From positions 186,001 to 250,000 of the IMG/VR virus record IMGVR_UViG_3300050821_009835: DNA of 64,000 nt; one strand, written 5' to 3'. Within the stretch, counting starts at the first letter, position 1, and the number at the start of each line of letters is the position of its first letter. Of this stretch, positions 63,519 to 64,000 are shown piece after piece. A program made the position numbers and the translations under genes. The notes under the pieces are model-generated. The model saw nothing but the letters and a program-made list of their open reading frames with translations, ran no database searches and was not told the origin of the DNA.

Positions 63519-64000
63519 TTAGTTGAATTCGACCAGATAGCGGATATTCGCTTGCGACGTACGATAGACAATTTGCTCGTCGTTGATTACGCCAGAGCGA
63601 CCCGGCTTGGCCCAGCAAGAATCATAACCGAGGCGTTTGCCGTTGCCGCTACCGCTCGGGATGTACTCCTTGCCCATCGCCACGTCAACCATGAACATGT
63701 AGCAGTTCTTGTCACGCGACCCGCCGTCCCAGTAGCCGTATGCATAATTTAAACTTTTTGTGCTCATCGCGGAGAAGTAGAGACCAGTCCCATACATCGC
63801 CCCTGTGGTTTGAACCGTGCTCAATTCGGTGGGCAAAACAAATCCACGTTTCAAAATCGAAAGCACATTGAACATGCGAGTGCCATGCCACAAAGATTTG
63901 ATGTTACCAACCTTCTTACCGTCAGCATTAAAGGCCGCTTCCATGTGCGGGATGCGAACTTCGTATACACGAACCGGGCGAAGATGTGAGCACTCGTGAC
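63519..64000 (-). CDS. PARP-type ADP-ribosyltransferase catalytic domain, C-terminal part; open at right edge
   Basis: LWHGT (H), GAMYGTGLYFS (Y), SLNY, MFMVDVAMG and NDEQIVY (E). The frame is open to the window end (HECSHLRPVRVYEV). Confidence 0.88.
   Translation of the reverse strand, partial: HECSHLRPVRVYEVRIPHMEAAFNADGKKVGNIKSLWHGTRMFNVLSILKRGFVLPTELSTVQTTGAMYGTGLYFSAMSTKSLNYAYGYWDGGSRDKNCYMFMVDVAMGKEYIPSGSGNGKRLGYDSCWAKPGRSGVINDEQIVYRTSQANIRYLVEFN

Noticed and set aside
1355-63999. Numerous 60-150 aa ORFs overlapping or antisense to long genes
   Set aside because: Shadow frames with no RBS or recognisable motifs.
1-64000. Alternative genetic code (stop-codon reassignment)
   Set aside because: Long genes are intact in code 11, all three stops end coupled genes, and no suppressor tRNA is present.

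Overview
A 64-kb segment of a large, probably lytic, contractile-tailed dsDNA phage using the standard genetic code. No capsid or terminase gene is recognisable here. From left to right: (1) tail/baseplate module, 1.2-19.8 kb (tape-measure-like protein, lysozyme-like tail protein, hub- and spike-like proteins, GIY-YIG endonuclease, lysin-like gene); (2) accessory block with a small ATP-dependent DNA ligase, an HNH-RNA ligase fusion, a secreted glycoside-hydrolase-like protein, a ~310-nt structured RNA candidate and a single-AAA+ ClpB-like ATPase; (3) replication genes (family A DNA polymerase, primase Zn-finger and TOPRIM parts encoded 15 kb apart, clamp-like protein, SbcC C-terminal half, UvrD) interleaved with the portal and a large virion-type protein; (4) a second RNA ligase, a Nudix enzyme, a second structured RNA and five tRNAs; (5) PP2C phosphatase, NadM-Nudix plus NAMPT, kinases, a neck-like protein, a composite homing endonuclease and a PARP-type ADP-ribosyltransferase cut by the window edge. 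Host-like genes resemble, from memory, Acidobacteria proteins (inference). The most unusual signals are one FN3-like domain split across two convergent genes on opposite strands (~40.4-40.7 kb), Thr and Gln tRNAs with long variable arms, two unassigned structured RNAs, and NAD salvage genes alongside a phage PARP. All family assignments come from motif recognition by eye; no database searches were run.
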